Positions 28,394 through 36,976 of a stretch of 64,000 nt of DNA are shown here, piece by piece (within the stretch, counting starts at the first letter, position 1; each line of letters begins with the position of its first letter). Origin of the DNA: a virus; IMG/VR virus record IMGVR_UViG_3300033153_005812, positions 1 to 64,000 of that record; one strand, written 5' to 3'. A program made the position numbers and the translations under genes. Under the pieces are notes generated by a model. That model was given only the letters and a program-made list of their open reading frames with translations, made no database searches and was not told where the DNA came from.

Positions 28394-29317
28394 ATGCTTT
28401 ACATACTAATCTCAAAAATCGAGCTTAGAACCTTCAAAATTTGGGCAGGACACTTAACTGCTATCAGAGAGGTTTTAGACATAAATGGAAGTCGTTATCG
28501 ACAAATAGATATACTCCATGCAAAGCAAAAGACATTCAAAACAAACGATATTATCATCAATATTGGAAATCACCAATACGCTGGTTCTCAATTCTTAAAT
28601 GAATTAGCCGAGAGTGTTTCAAAAGCAGGTAGAACAGTTTTCTTTATGGATGATTACACGGCTCCTCCAGCAACACAATTACGTAAAGCTCTCACTAAAA
28701 GTTCTAATCTTTTAGTGACAAACATCAAAGATTTGAGCATCTTAACGCAACGAAAATCTCTTCAGCATTTTGAACCTGTCTATGTAAATCTAAACAAAGC
28801 TTCTTTCAAAAAACTCCCTCTCAAAGCTCCACAAGTTCCTGGCAGCTTTATTTATTGGGGTTCTTGTCGACGAGGAAGAGAACAAAGTTTCTATCGTTAT
28901 TTCAAACCAAATCTTTATCCGCTTTATATTTCTTCGAGTGATAGGGGGCACAATAAGTATTGTAATTTATACATAAATTATAGACCGTTAGAAAAAATGC
29001 TGCTACCTGAGGACTTACAAAAATATGGATTCACAGTAAATATTCGTGATAAGAAGCAACCAAAGATGGCTCCAGCAAATAGATTTTATGAAGCTATAGG
29101 TGCTGGACTTCCAATTTTCTTTGACCATGAATGTATTCCACGAATTGAAACTCCACTCTGCGTAAAAGACTATATTGTTTCTGAAGCAGAACAACTGCTT
29201 GAAAAAGATCTGCAAAGAACACAAGTAGAACAACGGAAGCTCTGGGGGCAACGTAATTATCGAATAGAGTTAGTGAATGAATTAACCGAAATATTTTTTA
29301 AGCATGGTATTTCATAA
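28394..29317 (+). CDS. GT-B glycosyltransferase resembling T4 DNA beta-glucosyltransferase
   Basis: VFFMDDY, FIYWGSCRRGRE, NRFYEAIGAGLPIFFD parallel the T4 BGT motifs (YLFTD, IYGGSFRSGQRE, LRVWE...MLID), recalled from memory. Confidence 0.65.
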   Translation: MLYILISKIELRTFKIWAGHLTAIREVLDINGSRYRQIDILHAKQKTFKTNDIIINIGNHQYAGSQFLNELAESVSKAGRTVFFMDDYTAPPATQLRKALTKSSNLLVTNIKDLSILTQRKSLQHFEPVYVNLNKASFKKLPLKAPQVPGSFIYWGSCRRGREQSFYRYFKPNLYPLYISSSDRGHNKYCNLYINYRPLEKMLLPEDLQKYGFTVNIRDKKQPKMAPANRFYEAIGAGLPIFFDHECIPRIETPLCVKDYIVSEAEQLLEKDLQRTQVEQRKLWGQRNYRIELVNELTEIFFKHGIS

Positions 29318-29853
29318 TGAATTATGGACTCAACTATTTTGAACACACATTACGCAAAATGAGCATGACAGCAGAAGATATTTGTCAACGAAGATGGAAA
29401 TTTATAACTCCTACGAAAGCAATACGAATTTTAGACTATGGTTGTGGAGTAGGTTGGTTCCGTGCTTTCAAACCAGATAAGAACCTCATTGTAGATACTT
29501 ACGATGTAGGGAATTACCCTCAAACGGGTATAAATGAAATGGAATATGATCTTATTTGTTTTTGGGACTCTTTAGAGCATATTCCAAATTTAGATGAAAT
29601 AAATTGGCTATTAACAAGAACCGAATTTGTTGCCATTTCAATCCCTATATTTCTTGGTGATATGCAGCAAGAAGAATTTAGAAAATGGAAGCATTATCGC
29701 CCAAATGAACACTTACATTATTTCACACTACAGACATTAGCGAATTTCTTTGAAGAACGTGGGTTTGAAATGTTCGAGAAAAATCAAAACGAATGTCCTC
29801 CACGAGAAGATGTTTGGTCAATTTTGTATAGGAGAAAACGTAATGCAAGTTAG
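29317..29853 (+). CDS. Class I SAM-dependent methyltransferase
   Basis: ILDYGCGVG, FWDSLEHIP, EHLHYFT. Confidence 0.85.
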   Translation: MNYGLNYFEHTLRKMSMTAEDICQRRWKFITPTKAIRILDYGCGVGWFRAFKPDKNLIVDTYDVGNYPQTGINEMEYDLICFWDSLEHIPNLDEINWLLTRTEFVAISIPIFLGDMQQEEFRKWKHYRPNEHLHYFTLQTLANFFEERGFEMFEKNQNECPPREDVWSILYRRKRNAS

Positions 29854-32209
29854 AAAACGTGACGGACGAATTGTTGACTTCGACTCATATCGTATTCTCA
29901 AAGCTATGAAAGGAGCTTTTACTGAACTTAACATCGATATTCTTTCAGGTGGAAAAATAGATGCTCTAACTGCAAAAGTGATTGACTTTCTTCCAAGTGT
30001 GAAAATCATAGATATTGAAGTGATTCAAAACACTGTAGAGAAGATCTTAATGGAAGAAGGATATTACGAAGTTGCAAAAGCATATATTCTTTATCGTCAA
30101 CAAAGAACCTCGCTTCGAGAGATAGAACCAGATCCAAATGCTATTTCAGATTACATTCATGCCGCGAAATACGCTCGTTACATCCCAAGTAAAAAGCGAA
30201 GAGAGACTTATCACGAAACCATTAAAAGAGTCGAAATAATGCACAAGAAAAAGTATCCTCATCTCACAGCAGAAATTGGAGATGCTTTTCAATTTGTTCA
30301 TGATAAATTTGTCCTCCCGTCTATGCGGAGTATGCAATTTGGAGGCAAAGCTATCGAGAGACGAAATGCTCGGATGTATAATTGTAGTTTCACTCTCGTA
30401 GATCGGCCTCGTGTTTTTGGCGATATGATGTACTTGCTTCTTTGTGGATGTGGAGTAGGATTCAGTGTTCAAAAGCGACATGTCGCAAGACTTCCATTAC
30501 TCAAAGTAATAGATTTCAACTTAACTTATTTTCATGATGTTAAAGATTCAATCGAAGGATGGGCAGATGCGGTGAACGCTCTAATAGATTCTTTTCTACG
30601 AGGGTATCATATAGAATTTAATTTTGAAGCAATACGTCCACCCGGAAGTATTCTTAATAGTGGTGGAAAAGCTCCTGGGCATGTTTCGTTAAAAGAATCT
30701 CTCGAAGCTACAAGACAGATTTTGCTTTTAGCTCAAGGGAGAAAATTGAAGCCAATAGAATGTCACGATATTATCTGTCATCTGAGTAAAGCAGTTCTTG
30801 CAGGCGGAATTCGACGAAGCAGTTTAATTTCATTGTTCTCTGCAGATGATGACGATATGTTGTACTGTAAAGATAGAGCTAATTTTGATTTTCAACTTAA
30901 GAATCCACAGCGAGCTTTAGCGAATAACAGTGTTGTCTTAGACAGAGAGAATTACACCTTTGCAGATTTCGCAAGAATTCTACATTTGAATAAAGTAAAT
31001 CATGGTGATCCAGGCTTTGTATTCTTAGAAGATTTCGATACTGGTGTTAATCCTTGCGGGGAGATTGGCATCGACCCTGTCTTAAAAGTAGCTATGAGAG
31101 ATACCTATGACGATGTATGGTCGAAGAAAAATAAAGATTCGGCTCTCGTAAATCAATGCAAGACAGGTTTTGGATTTTGCAACCTTGTAGAAGTCAACGC
31201 TGCAAAGTGTCGAACTTACGAACAATTTTTAGAGGCTTGTAAAGCTGCGAGTTTCATCGCTACTTTGCAAGCGGGTTATACGGACTTTCCTTATCTCGGA
31301 GAAGTAACTGAAAAAATCGTACAACGGGATGCTCTTATCGGTGTAAGTATAACAGGGATGATGGACAATTCTTGGATCTTTGATGAGGGTTATTTAGAAG
31401 GAGGAGCTGAAATAGTAAAAGCTACGAATGCGAAGACAGCAAAATCGATTGGAATCAATCCTGCGAAACGATGCACTTGTATAAAACCAAGTGGAACAGC
31501 GAGCTTAGAACTCGGATGCGTAGGGAGCGGAATCCATCCCCATCATTCAAAGCGATACTTTCGGAGGATTACTGCAAATCCTTTGGAGCCAGTCGTACAG
31601 TATTTCAGAAAAGCTAATCCCCAGATGGTCGAGACAAAACCAAACGGAGATCTCTGTATAACGTTCCCGGTTAAAACAGATGGTCTAACTGTGAATAATA
31701 TATCAGCAAGAGAATTTCTTGATAAGGTCTTTCGCACTTATAAAGGCTGGATTCTTACTGGTCACAGACAAGGTCAAACGCACAATGTAAGTTGTACTCT
31801 TGTTGTTGACGATCAAGAATGGGAAGAAGCTTTTGATTATATTTGGAATCACAGAGATAAAATCAGTTCGATGACTTTTTTACCAAAACAAAGCGATAAA
31901 CAAATTCCGTTCTGCCCCAGAGAATCAGTTACGACAGTCAAAGATATCGCTCACTTCGATTCTTTAGTAAAAGGCTATAAACCTGTAGACTATTCTAAAA
32001 TGATCGAAGAAGAAGATGTGACTGTGAAAGACGCCGCCTGTAGTGGTATGGTTTGCGATTTAGGTCTCGATTTTTGTAGTGGAATTGGCCTACGCGTCTT
32101 TCAAAATGAATTTGATTCTCGTATAAAGACCTTCACATATCGAGGTTTGACATTTGAACTATATGAACAAAGAAACGGATATTTTATTGCTAAGCGAATT
32201 ATGGAGTGA
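29843..32209 (+). CDS. nrdJ: Class II (B12) ribonucleotide reductase, RTPR-like, with N-terminal ATP cone
   Basis: MQVRKRDG ATP cone (GGAG RBS at 29831), MYNCS, GCGVGFSV, GGIRRSS, NPCGEI, CNLVE, TCIKPSGT, CSGMVC. Confidence 0.92.
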   Translation: MQVRKRDGRIVDFDSYRILKAMKGAFTELNIDILSGGKIDALTAKVIDFLPSVKIIDIEVIQNTVEKILMEEGYYEVAKAYILYRQQRTSLREIEPDPNAISDYIHAAKYARYIPSKKRRETYHETIKRVEIMHKKKYPHLTAEIGDAFQFVHDKFVLPSMRSMQFGGKAIERRNARMYNCSFTLVDRPRVFGDMMYLLLCGCGVGFSVQKRHVARLPLLKVIDFNLTYFHDVKDSIEGWADAVNALIDSFLRGYHIEFNFEAIRPPGSILNSGGKAPGHVSLKESLEATRQILLLAQGRKLKPIECHDIICHLSKAVLAGGIRRSSLISLFSADDDDMLYCKDRANFDFQLKNPQRALANNSVVLDRENYTFADFARILHLNKVNHGDPGFVFLEDFDTGVNPCGEIGIDPVLKVAMRDTYDDVWSKKNKDSALVNQCKTGFGFCNLVEVNAAKCRTYEQFLEACKAASFIATLQAGYTDFPYLGEVTEKIVQRDALIGVSITGMMDNSWIFDEGYLEGGAEIVKATNAKTAKSIGINPAKRCTCIKPSGTASLELGCVGSGIHPHHSKRYFRRITANPLEPVVQYFRKANPQMVETKPNGDLCITFPVKTDGLTVNNISAREFLDKVFRTYKGWILTGHRQGQTHNVSCTLVVDDQEWEEAFDYIWNHRDKISSMTFLPKQSDKQIPFCPRESVTTVKDIAHFDSLVKGYKPVDYSKMIEEEDVTVKDAACSGMVCDLGLDFCSGIGLRVFQNEFDSRIKTFTYRGLTFELYEQRNGYFIAKRIME

Positions 32210-33837
32210 AGATGAAACTTAATCAAGTGATTTATGGTGATAATAGAGAGAAGCTCAAAGAGTACCCCGATAATTTCTTTGATGGAATTATCACTGATCC
32301 TCCTTACGGTATGGGGTTTATGGGGAAGACATGGGATACTTTTAATTCTCAGATAATTCAAGAATCAAAAGAAAACTATGATAATACGCCGTCCAAAAAT
32401 CTACAAGGAATAGGACCAGATGGAAAAGTTAGACGAATAAATAAGCCAAGAGGTTCTATCGCAGAAGTAGCTGGTTCTTATGATTTATCAGTTAATGGAC
32501 AGATTCGGTTTCAACAATGGTTTTACGGAATAGCTGTTGAGATGTTAAGAGTGGCTAAACCCGGAAGTTTCTTATTTTGTTTTGGTGGAACACGAACTTA
32601 TCACAGAGTTGCTTGTGCAATAGAAGATGCCGGATGGATTATCAGAGATCAAATAATGTGGCTCCATGGAATGGGTTTTCCAAAATCTACAGATATAAGT
32701 AAAGCTATTGATAAAGAAGCTGGAGCAGAACGAAAAGTTATTGGTGAATATAAAGTTGGTGGAAATGCTTTGACTCCTCTTAATGAAAAAGGAGGGATGA
32801 CTTTTTCAACAGGAGCAAAAAATAGTCCTTCTGGTTATCTGCCAACAACTGTGCCAGCAACGAATGACGCAAAACGATGGGACGGATATGGAACAGGATT
32901 AAAACCAGCATGGGAACCGATTATCGTTGCGATGAAGCCGTTAGAAAAAGGATTAACGTATGCACAAAACGCTAAGAAGTGGGGTGTTGCTGGATTGAAT
33001 ATTGATGGTGGCCGGGTTGGAACGAATCCAGGTTATAAATACAACGCAGATAAAAACGGTGTAACTTTTCATGGACAACAAGGAGAAAGGATAAAACAAA
33101 CAGCAGAGAAAAAAGGTCAACAATTTATTGAGAGCACAAAAGGTCGTTGGCCAGCGAACGTAATTCTAAGTCATTCACCAAATTGTGTTTGTATCGGTGA
33201 AAAAGAAATTGGAGATGGGAATAGCAAAACACGCATAGTAAAAGATGCAAAATCTTCTTGGGCTAATAGTTGTCAAGATATAAATGTAATAGCTTACGGA
33301 AAAGAAACTATAGAAATTTGGGCTTGTGTGCCTAATTGCCCTATACGGATTATGGATAATCAAAGTGGACAAGCTGGTGGAGGTAGTCATAAATATCATA
33401 AAGAAACCTCCAGCAAAACTTGTCATACAAACAATGTAAGAAAAGATAGCTTTATAGGACAAGAAATTGGTATAGGTGATTCAGGTGGAGCGTCGCGATT
33501 CTTTTATTGTGCGAAAGCAAGTAAAGCGGAGAAGGAAGAAGGTTTGATGGGATTTATTGAATGTGCGAAGTGTGAAAGATTCGAGTCTAAAACACATACA
33601 AGAAAAGGTGTCAAAGAAAAGTGTTATCGTAATAATCATCCAACCGTAAAACCCCTCGCTCTTATAAAATATCTTTGTACTCTATTAAACATGCCGAATA
33701 GAGATCAAGTTATCCTTGATCCATTTTGTGGGAGTGGTACGACGCTCGTAGCTTGTAAAAATCTTGGTATAAATTATGTCGGTATTGAACAAGATATGAA
33801 TTTTTGTTTAATAGCGACAGCCAGAACCGGAGACTAA
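32206..33837 (+). CDS. DNA N6-adenine/N4-cytosine methyltransferase (beta class)
   Basis: TDPPY near the N-terminus; HPTVKP and LDPFCGSGTT near the C-terminus. Confidence 0.93.
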   Translation: MKMKLNQVIYGDNREKLKEYPDNFFDGIITDPPYGMGFMGKTWDTFNSQIIQESKENYDNTPSKNLQGIGPDGKVRRINKPRGSIAEVAGSYDLSVNGQIRFQQWFYGIAVEMLRVAKPGSFLFCFGGTRTYHRVACAIEDAGWIIRDQIMWLHGMGFPKSTDISKAIDKEAGAERKVIGEYKVGGNALTPLNEKGGMTFSTGAKNSPSGYLPTTVPATNDAKRWDGYGTGLKPAWEPIIVAMKPLEKGLTYAQNAKKWGVAGLNIDGGRVGTNPGYKYNADKNGVTFHGQQGERIKQTAEKKGQQFIESTKGRWPANVILSHSPNCVCIGEKEIGDGNSKTRIVKDAKSSWANSCQDINVIAYGKETIEIWACVPNCPIRIMDNQSGQAGGGSHKYHKETSSKTCHTNNVRKDSFIGQEIGIGDSGGASRFFYCAKASKAEKEEGLMGFIECAKCERFESKTHTRKGVKEKCYRNNHPTVKPLALIKYLCTLLNMPNRDQVILDPFCGSGTTLVACKNLGINYVGIEQDMNFCLIATARTGD

Positions 33838-33838
33838 A

Positions 33839-34744
33839 ATGAAGATCCTCGTAGATGCTTTTCTTATCATACATCGAGCTAAATACAAGTTAGATTTTCT
33901 CGAGAATACAGCCGGTCGAAAAACAGGAATGGAATACGGTTTTATCAAACTTTGTGAAGCTCTTGAACGAGAATTTGCAGGTGGAGATATAGTTTTGTGC
34001 TGGGAAGGTAAGAACAATTTTCGCAAGGAGCTTTATCCAGACTATAAGGGAAATCGTAAACCAAGTACGAATCCTCTTGCAAAACTCGACTGGGATCGCG
34101 TCGCCGATCTTAAAAACTTTTTAAGACAACCTTATATCAACGCAGAAGCTGAAGGCTACGAAGCAGACGATACGATAGCCAGTCTTGTAGATCACTACAA
34201 AGATCAAGAAGAGGTTATAATTTGGTCGAATGATAAAGATCTACTTCAACTTGTTAGAAAAGGTGTAACGGTTTGGAGAAGTTTTCAAGAGTTGCATAAG
34301 AAGTATAAGTGGACACCGAGGACAATTGAAGAAAAGTATGATGGATTATTTCCAAATGAGCTTCCAATTTATTTTGCTTTTGCTGGCGACAAGGTTGACA
34401 ATATTCCTGGTGTTCCAAAGATAAGAAAACCTGTTTTAATAAATGCAATTATCAACGCTCGTCGATTGATAAAGCCTGGATCGTTTATTTTCAAAGGGTG
34501 CTTGATTCAAGATATTTTGAATTACGAACTTTGGTCTGGGCCTGAATTATTAAGGTTAGAAAATTTTATTGAAGCTGGTCATTATCAAAGAAATATGGAG
34601 TTAGTAGTTCTAAGAAGACCAGACGTCATTATACAAGAACCAATAAAGAATGAAGAAATAATAAGAGAGTGGCTTGAAGAGTTAGAGCTTAGAAGTTTGA
34701 AAATGTCTGAAGAAACAGGAGTGTTAGATAATGCAGAATTCTAA
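33839..34744 (+). CDS. 5'-3' exonuclease/flap endonuclease
   Basis: YKGNR, EADD, DKDLLQL, GDKVDNIPGV. Confidence 0.92.
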   Translation: MKILVDAFLIIHRAKYKLDFLENTAGRKTGMEYGFIKLCEALEREFAGGDIVLCWEGKNNFRKELYPDYKGNRKPSTNPLAKLDWDRVADLKNFLRQPYINAEAEGYEADDTIASLVDHYKDQEEVIIWSNDKDLLQLVRKGVTVWRSFQELHKKYKWTPRTIEEKYDGLFPNELPIYFAFAGDKVDNIPGVPKIRKPVLINAIINARRLIKPGSFIFKGCLIQDILNYELWSGPELLRLENFIEAGHYQRNMELVVLRRPDVIIQEPIKNEEIIREWLEELELRSLKMSEETGVLDNAEF

Positions 34745-34745
34745 G

Positions 34746-34955
34746 ATGTCAAATCCAGAAGAAAATGATCTGTCAAAATTACTGAAGCTCAGAAGAAAAA
34801 CTAATAAGAATTTTCTTATGTTATTAAACGAATTACAGACCTCTATAGAATCTCTTCGAATCATGGTGAAGTATATGCAATTTGATTTAGAAGCTACGAG
34901 GCGAGAAAACATGGTTCTCAAAGAACAATTACGACAATATGAGGAAGGTGGTTAA
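34746..34955 (+). CDS. Small coiled-coil protein
   Basis: ORF closing the operon; start uncertain. Confidence 0.55.
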   Translation: MSNPEENDLSKLLKLRRKTNKNFLMLLNELQTSIESLRIMVKYMQFDLEATRRENMVLKEQLRQYEEGG

Positions 34956-35022
34956 AATAAAGTAGAATTCGTTATTTTAGAATAAATAAGCTGGTTATTA
35001 TAGGTTATAAAAAATGGATTTT

Positions 35023-35063
35023 ATTTGCTTTATTCTAAAAATACGTTATACTTTAGGTAGTTA
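35023..35063 (+). promoter_or_regulatory. Sigma70-like promoter (TTGCTT-16-TATACT) heading the cassette array
   Basis: ATTTGCTTTATTCTAAAAATACGTTATACTTTAGGTAGTTA. Confidence 0.75.
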
Positions 35064-35152
35064 AGTTAATTGACAATTGAATCGGGCTGAAACGGAGAAA
35101 ACAGGGGTGTCGGTAGGGCTAACCTTTCAAGGCTGACGGCTGAGGACGTAAT

Positions 35153-35207
35153 GGAAAACTTGTGGAGCCGCGACGTTGCGACGTTGCGGATCCGTGTGTT
35201 TTCTTAA
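35153..35207 (+). repeat. Cassette hairpin repeat, copy 0 (divergent left arm)
   Basis: Right arm GCGGATCCGTGTGTT(TT)CTTAA shared with copies 1-5; folds with its own left arm. Confidence 0.75.
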
Positions 35208-35225
35208 TACAATAAAGTAAGGAGA

Positions 35226-35468
35226 ATGAAAATGATTACTGCAACTCAAGTTCAAAAGGCAAGTCGTTCGGCGAGAAGAAATGCGTTCTACTTGGTGAAA
35301 GAAAACGATGTCACTATTGGCATGATTGAAAAACCATATCACAATAAGGACTATCGTGCTCAAGTTGATGGTAGGACTGTTGAGGTGTGTTCAACAAAGA
35401 AGCAAGCGATACGAACGATACTACGAAGAAAAGGTATATTCGGGGAGTGGATAATTCTCAATAACTAA
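35226..35468 (+). CDS. Cassette gene 1, hypothetical
   Basis: AAAGTAAGGAG RBS; stop TAA begins the repeat. Confidence 0.8.
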   Translation: MKMITATQVQKASRSARRNAFYLVKENDVTIGMIEKPYHNKDYRAQVDGRTVEVCSTKKQAIRTILRRKGIFGEWIILNN

Positions 35469-35520
35469 GAACGCAAGTCACCGTCCCGTTTCACAACGGG
35501 GCGGACACGTGTGTTCTTAA
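35466..35520 (+). repeat. Cassette hairpin repeat, copy 1
   Basis: TAAGAACGCAAGTCACCG...CGGACACGTGTGTTCTTAA. Confidence 0.95.
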
Positions 35521-35552
35521 AATTAAGTGGTGTAAAGTAAGAGGTGTGAAAA

Positions 35553-35777
35553 ATGGATGCTGTTAAAACCCAAATCTTGAAAAGTTTACAAGAACAAGGG
35601 TATAAAGTTTTATATGTCAAAGGTATTTATGTTTTCAAAGACGGTAAAAGATTATCAACAGCCAAAGCAATAAAGTTAGCAGGTATTAAAGTGAAACCAA
35701 AATCACGAAAGACTAAAACATCACAACCGTTGTATGGTGATTTCGCTTGGCTGGCTGGTATCAACCGTATCAACTAA
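35553..35777 (+). CDS. Cassette gene 2, basic hypothetical
   Basis: GAGGT RBS; stop TAA begins the repeat. Confidence 0.8.
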   Translation: MDAVKTQILKSLQEQGYKVLYVKGIYVFKDGKRLSTAKAIKLAGIKVKPKSRKTKTSQPLYGDFAWLAGINRIN

Positions 35778-35837
35778 GAACGCAAGTTACCGCCTCGTTT
35801 TGAGAAACCACGACGGGGCGGATCCGTGTGTTCTTAA
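35775..35837 (+). repeat. Cassette hairpin repeat, copy 2
   Basis: TAAGAACGCAAGTTACCG...CGGATCCGTGTGTTCTTAA. Confidence 0.95.
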
Positions 35838-35861
35838 AGTAAAGGCTGTAAAGTAAGGAGA

Positions 35862-36071
35862 ATGAAAATGACTACGATAGCACAATTAAAAACTGACATC
35901 AAAGACTTGAGTGGTCGCTTGTACTATTGCAGTAACACTGGTGAAGGCCGCAAGATGAGACGTGAGATTGAAAAGGCTATTCATCAAAAAGAACAGCAAC
36001 TTGAACAAATCTTTGTTGAAGAAGGATGTTTAGATTATCAACATCAAGCTGGTCGAGTAGTGAGGAGCTAA
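35862..36071 (+). CDS. Cassette gene 3, hypothetical
   Basis: AAAGTAAGGAG RBS; stop TAA begins the repeat. Confidence 0.8.
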   Translation: MKMTTIAQLKTDIKDLSGRLYYCSNTGEGRKMRREIEKAIHQKEQQLEQIFVEEGCLDYQHQAGRVVRS

Positions 36072-36123
36072 GAACGCAAGTTACCGCCCCGTCGTGAGAC
36101 GGGGCGGACACGTGAGTTCTTAA
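36069..36123 (+). repeat. Cassette hairpin repeat, copy 3
   Basis: CCGCCCCGTC-GTGA-GACGGGGCGG inner stem with GNRA loop. Confidence 0.95.
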
Positions 36124-36155
36124 ACAAAACAAAGTAAGTAAAGTAGAGGTGTAAG

Positions 36156-36347
36156 ATGGAAAAGCTAATTATAATTAAAGCGACAATGAACGATGGTCGA
36201 GAAAAAGAATATCGAGCTACAAATTTCACAGTGAAGCCTCTTCGTGATGGTACAGGGCTATGTATCAAAGTAGCTACTGACCACTCTATCATTTGTAGGA
36301 GTATCGCTGTTGAGCAAAAAGAAGTTGAGCCAGCTATTTGTTTGTAA
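36156..36347 (+). CDS. Cassette gene 4, hypothetical
   Basis: GAGGT RBS; stop TAA begins the repeat. Confidence 0.8.
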   Translation: MEKLIIIKATMNDGREKEYRATNFTVKPLRDGTGLCIKVATDHSIICRSIAVEQKEVEPAICL

Positions 36348-36466
36348 GAACGCAAGTCACCGCTCAGTATAGAGATAATGACACGTTGTACCGGGAAATC
36401 AGTTGTTTGTGCTACTAACGACCTGGGAATCAACACTCTTTGCTGAGCGGATCCGTGTGTTCTTAA
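36345..36466 (+). repeat. Cassette hairpin repeat, copy 4 (long insert)
   Basis: Same arms, inner stem CCGCTCAG/CTGAGCGG, 122 nt total. Confidence 0.93.
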
Positions 36467-36498
36467 AGTAAAGCGGTATAAAGTAATAGGAGTATGAA

Positions 36499-36903
36499 AT
36501 GATAAAGTGGACAGAAGAATCAGTTCTCGCTGTTATAGCGGAAGCAAGAAAACTTGGTGCTGAATTCGCTGCTAAGAAGTTAGCAGAATTGCAAAGAAAT
36601 GGACCTCAATATGAAGTGACTTCTGGTAGTACAACAGTTGGTACGCTGCTCGATGTCTGTGGATCTGCTCACTTGAAGATTTCAGCGAGAGGCAAGTTTT
36701 ATCAGATCGCTAAGAAATTATCTGCTGATAAAGGGATATATAGATTTCTTTGTGATCGTGCTTATCATGGTGGAGGAATGCTGTGCATTTTTGACAGCAC
36801 GATGCGACAAGAAATGTCAGTGAATGTTGCCGCTTGTAAAGGACAACAAAGTATCTTAGAAACTTATGGAATCGATGCGACAATAAAAAGTCGCATCGAC
36901 TAA
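36499..36903 (+). CDS. Cassette gene 5, hypothetical
   Basis: AGGAG RBS; stop TAA begins the repeat. Confidence 0.82.
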   Translation: MIKWTEESVLAVIAEARKLGAEFAAKKLAELQRNGPQYEVTSGSTTVGTLLDVCGSAHLKISARGKFYQIAKKLSADKGIYRFLCDRAYHGGGMLCIFDSTMRQEMSVNVAACKGQQSILETYGIDATIKSRID

Positions 36904-36962
36904 GAACGCAAGTCACCGTCCCGTTTTGAGAGCCACGACGGGGCGGATCCGTGTGTTCTTAA
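36901..36962 (+). repeat. Cassette hairpin repeat, copy 5
   Basis: TAAGAACGCAAGTCACCG...CGGATCCGTGTGTTCTTAA. Confidence 0.95.
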
Positions 36963-36976
36963 CAAAGTAACGGAGA

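Noticed and set aside
29750-29842. Track start codons for several genes (RNR 29750, scaffold 55986, protease 50992, lipoprotein 49851)
   Set aside because: Downstream ATGs have better RBSs, avoid long overlaps and coincide with domain or signal-peptide starts.
35064-35150. tRNA or known riboswitch in the early leader
   Set aside because: Only short stems; no cloverleaf, T-loop or recognisable aptamer consensus.
35138-35207. Hammerhead ribozyme (CTGAGGA...GAAA)
   Set aside because: Stem II would be only 2 bp and no adequate stem I can form.
35153-36962. CRISPR array or canonical integron
   Set aside because: The repeats are separated by whole genes, not 30-40 bp spacers. The ends are TAAGAAC/GTTCTTA rather than RYYYAAC/GTTRRRY, the arms are symmetric without extrahelical bases, and no IntI or Cas operon is seen.
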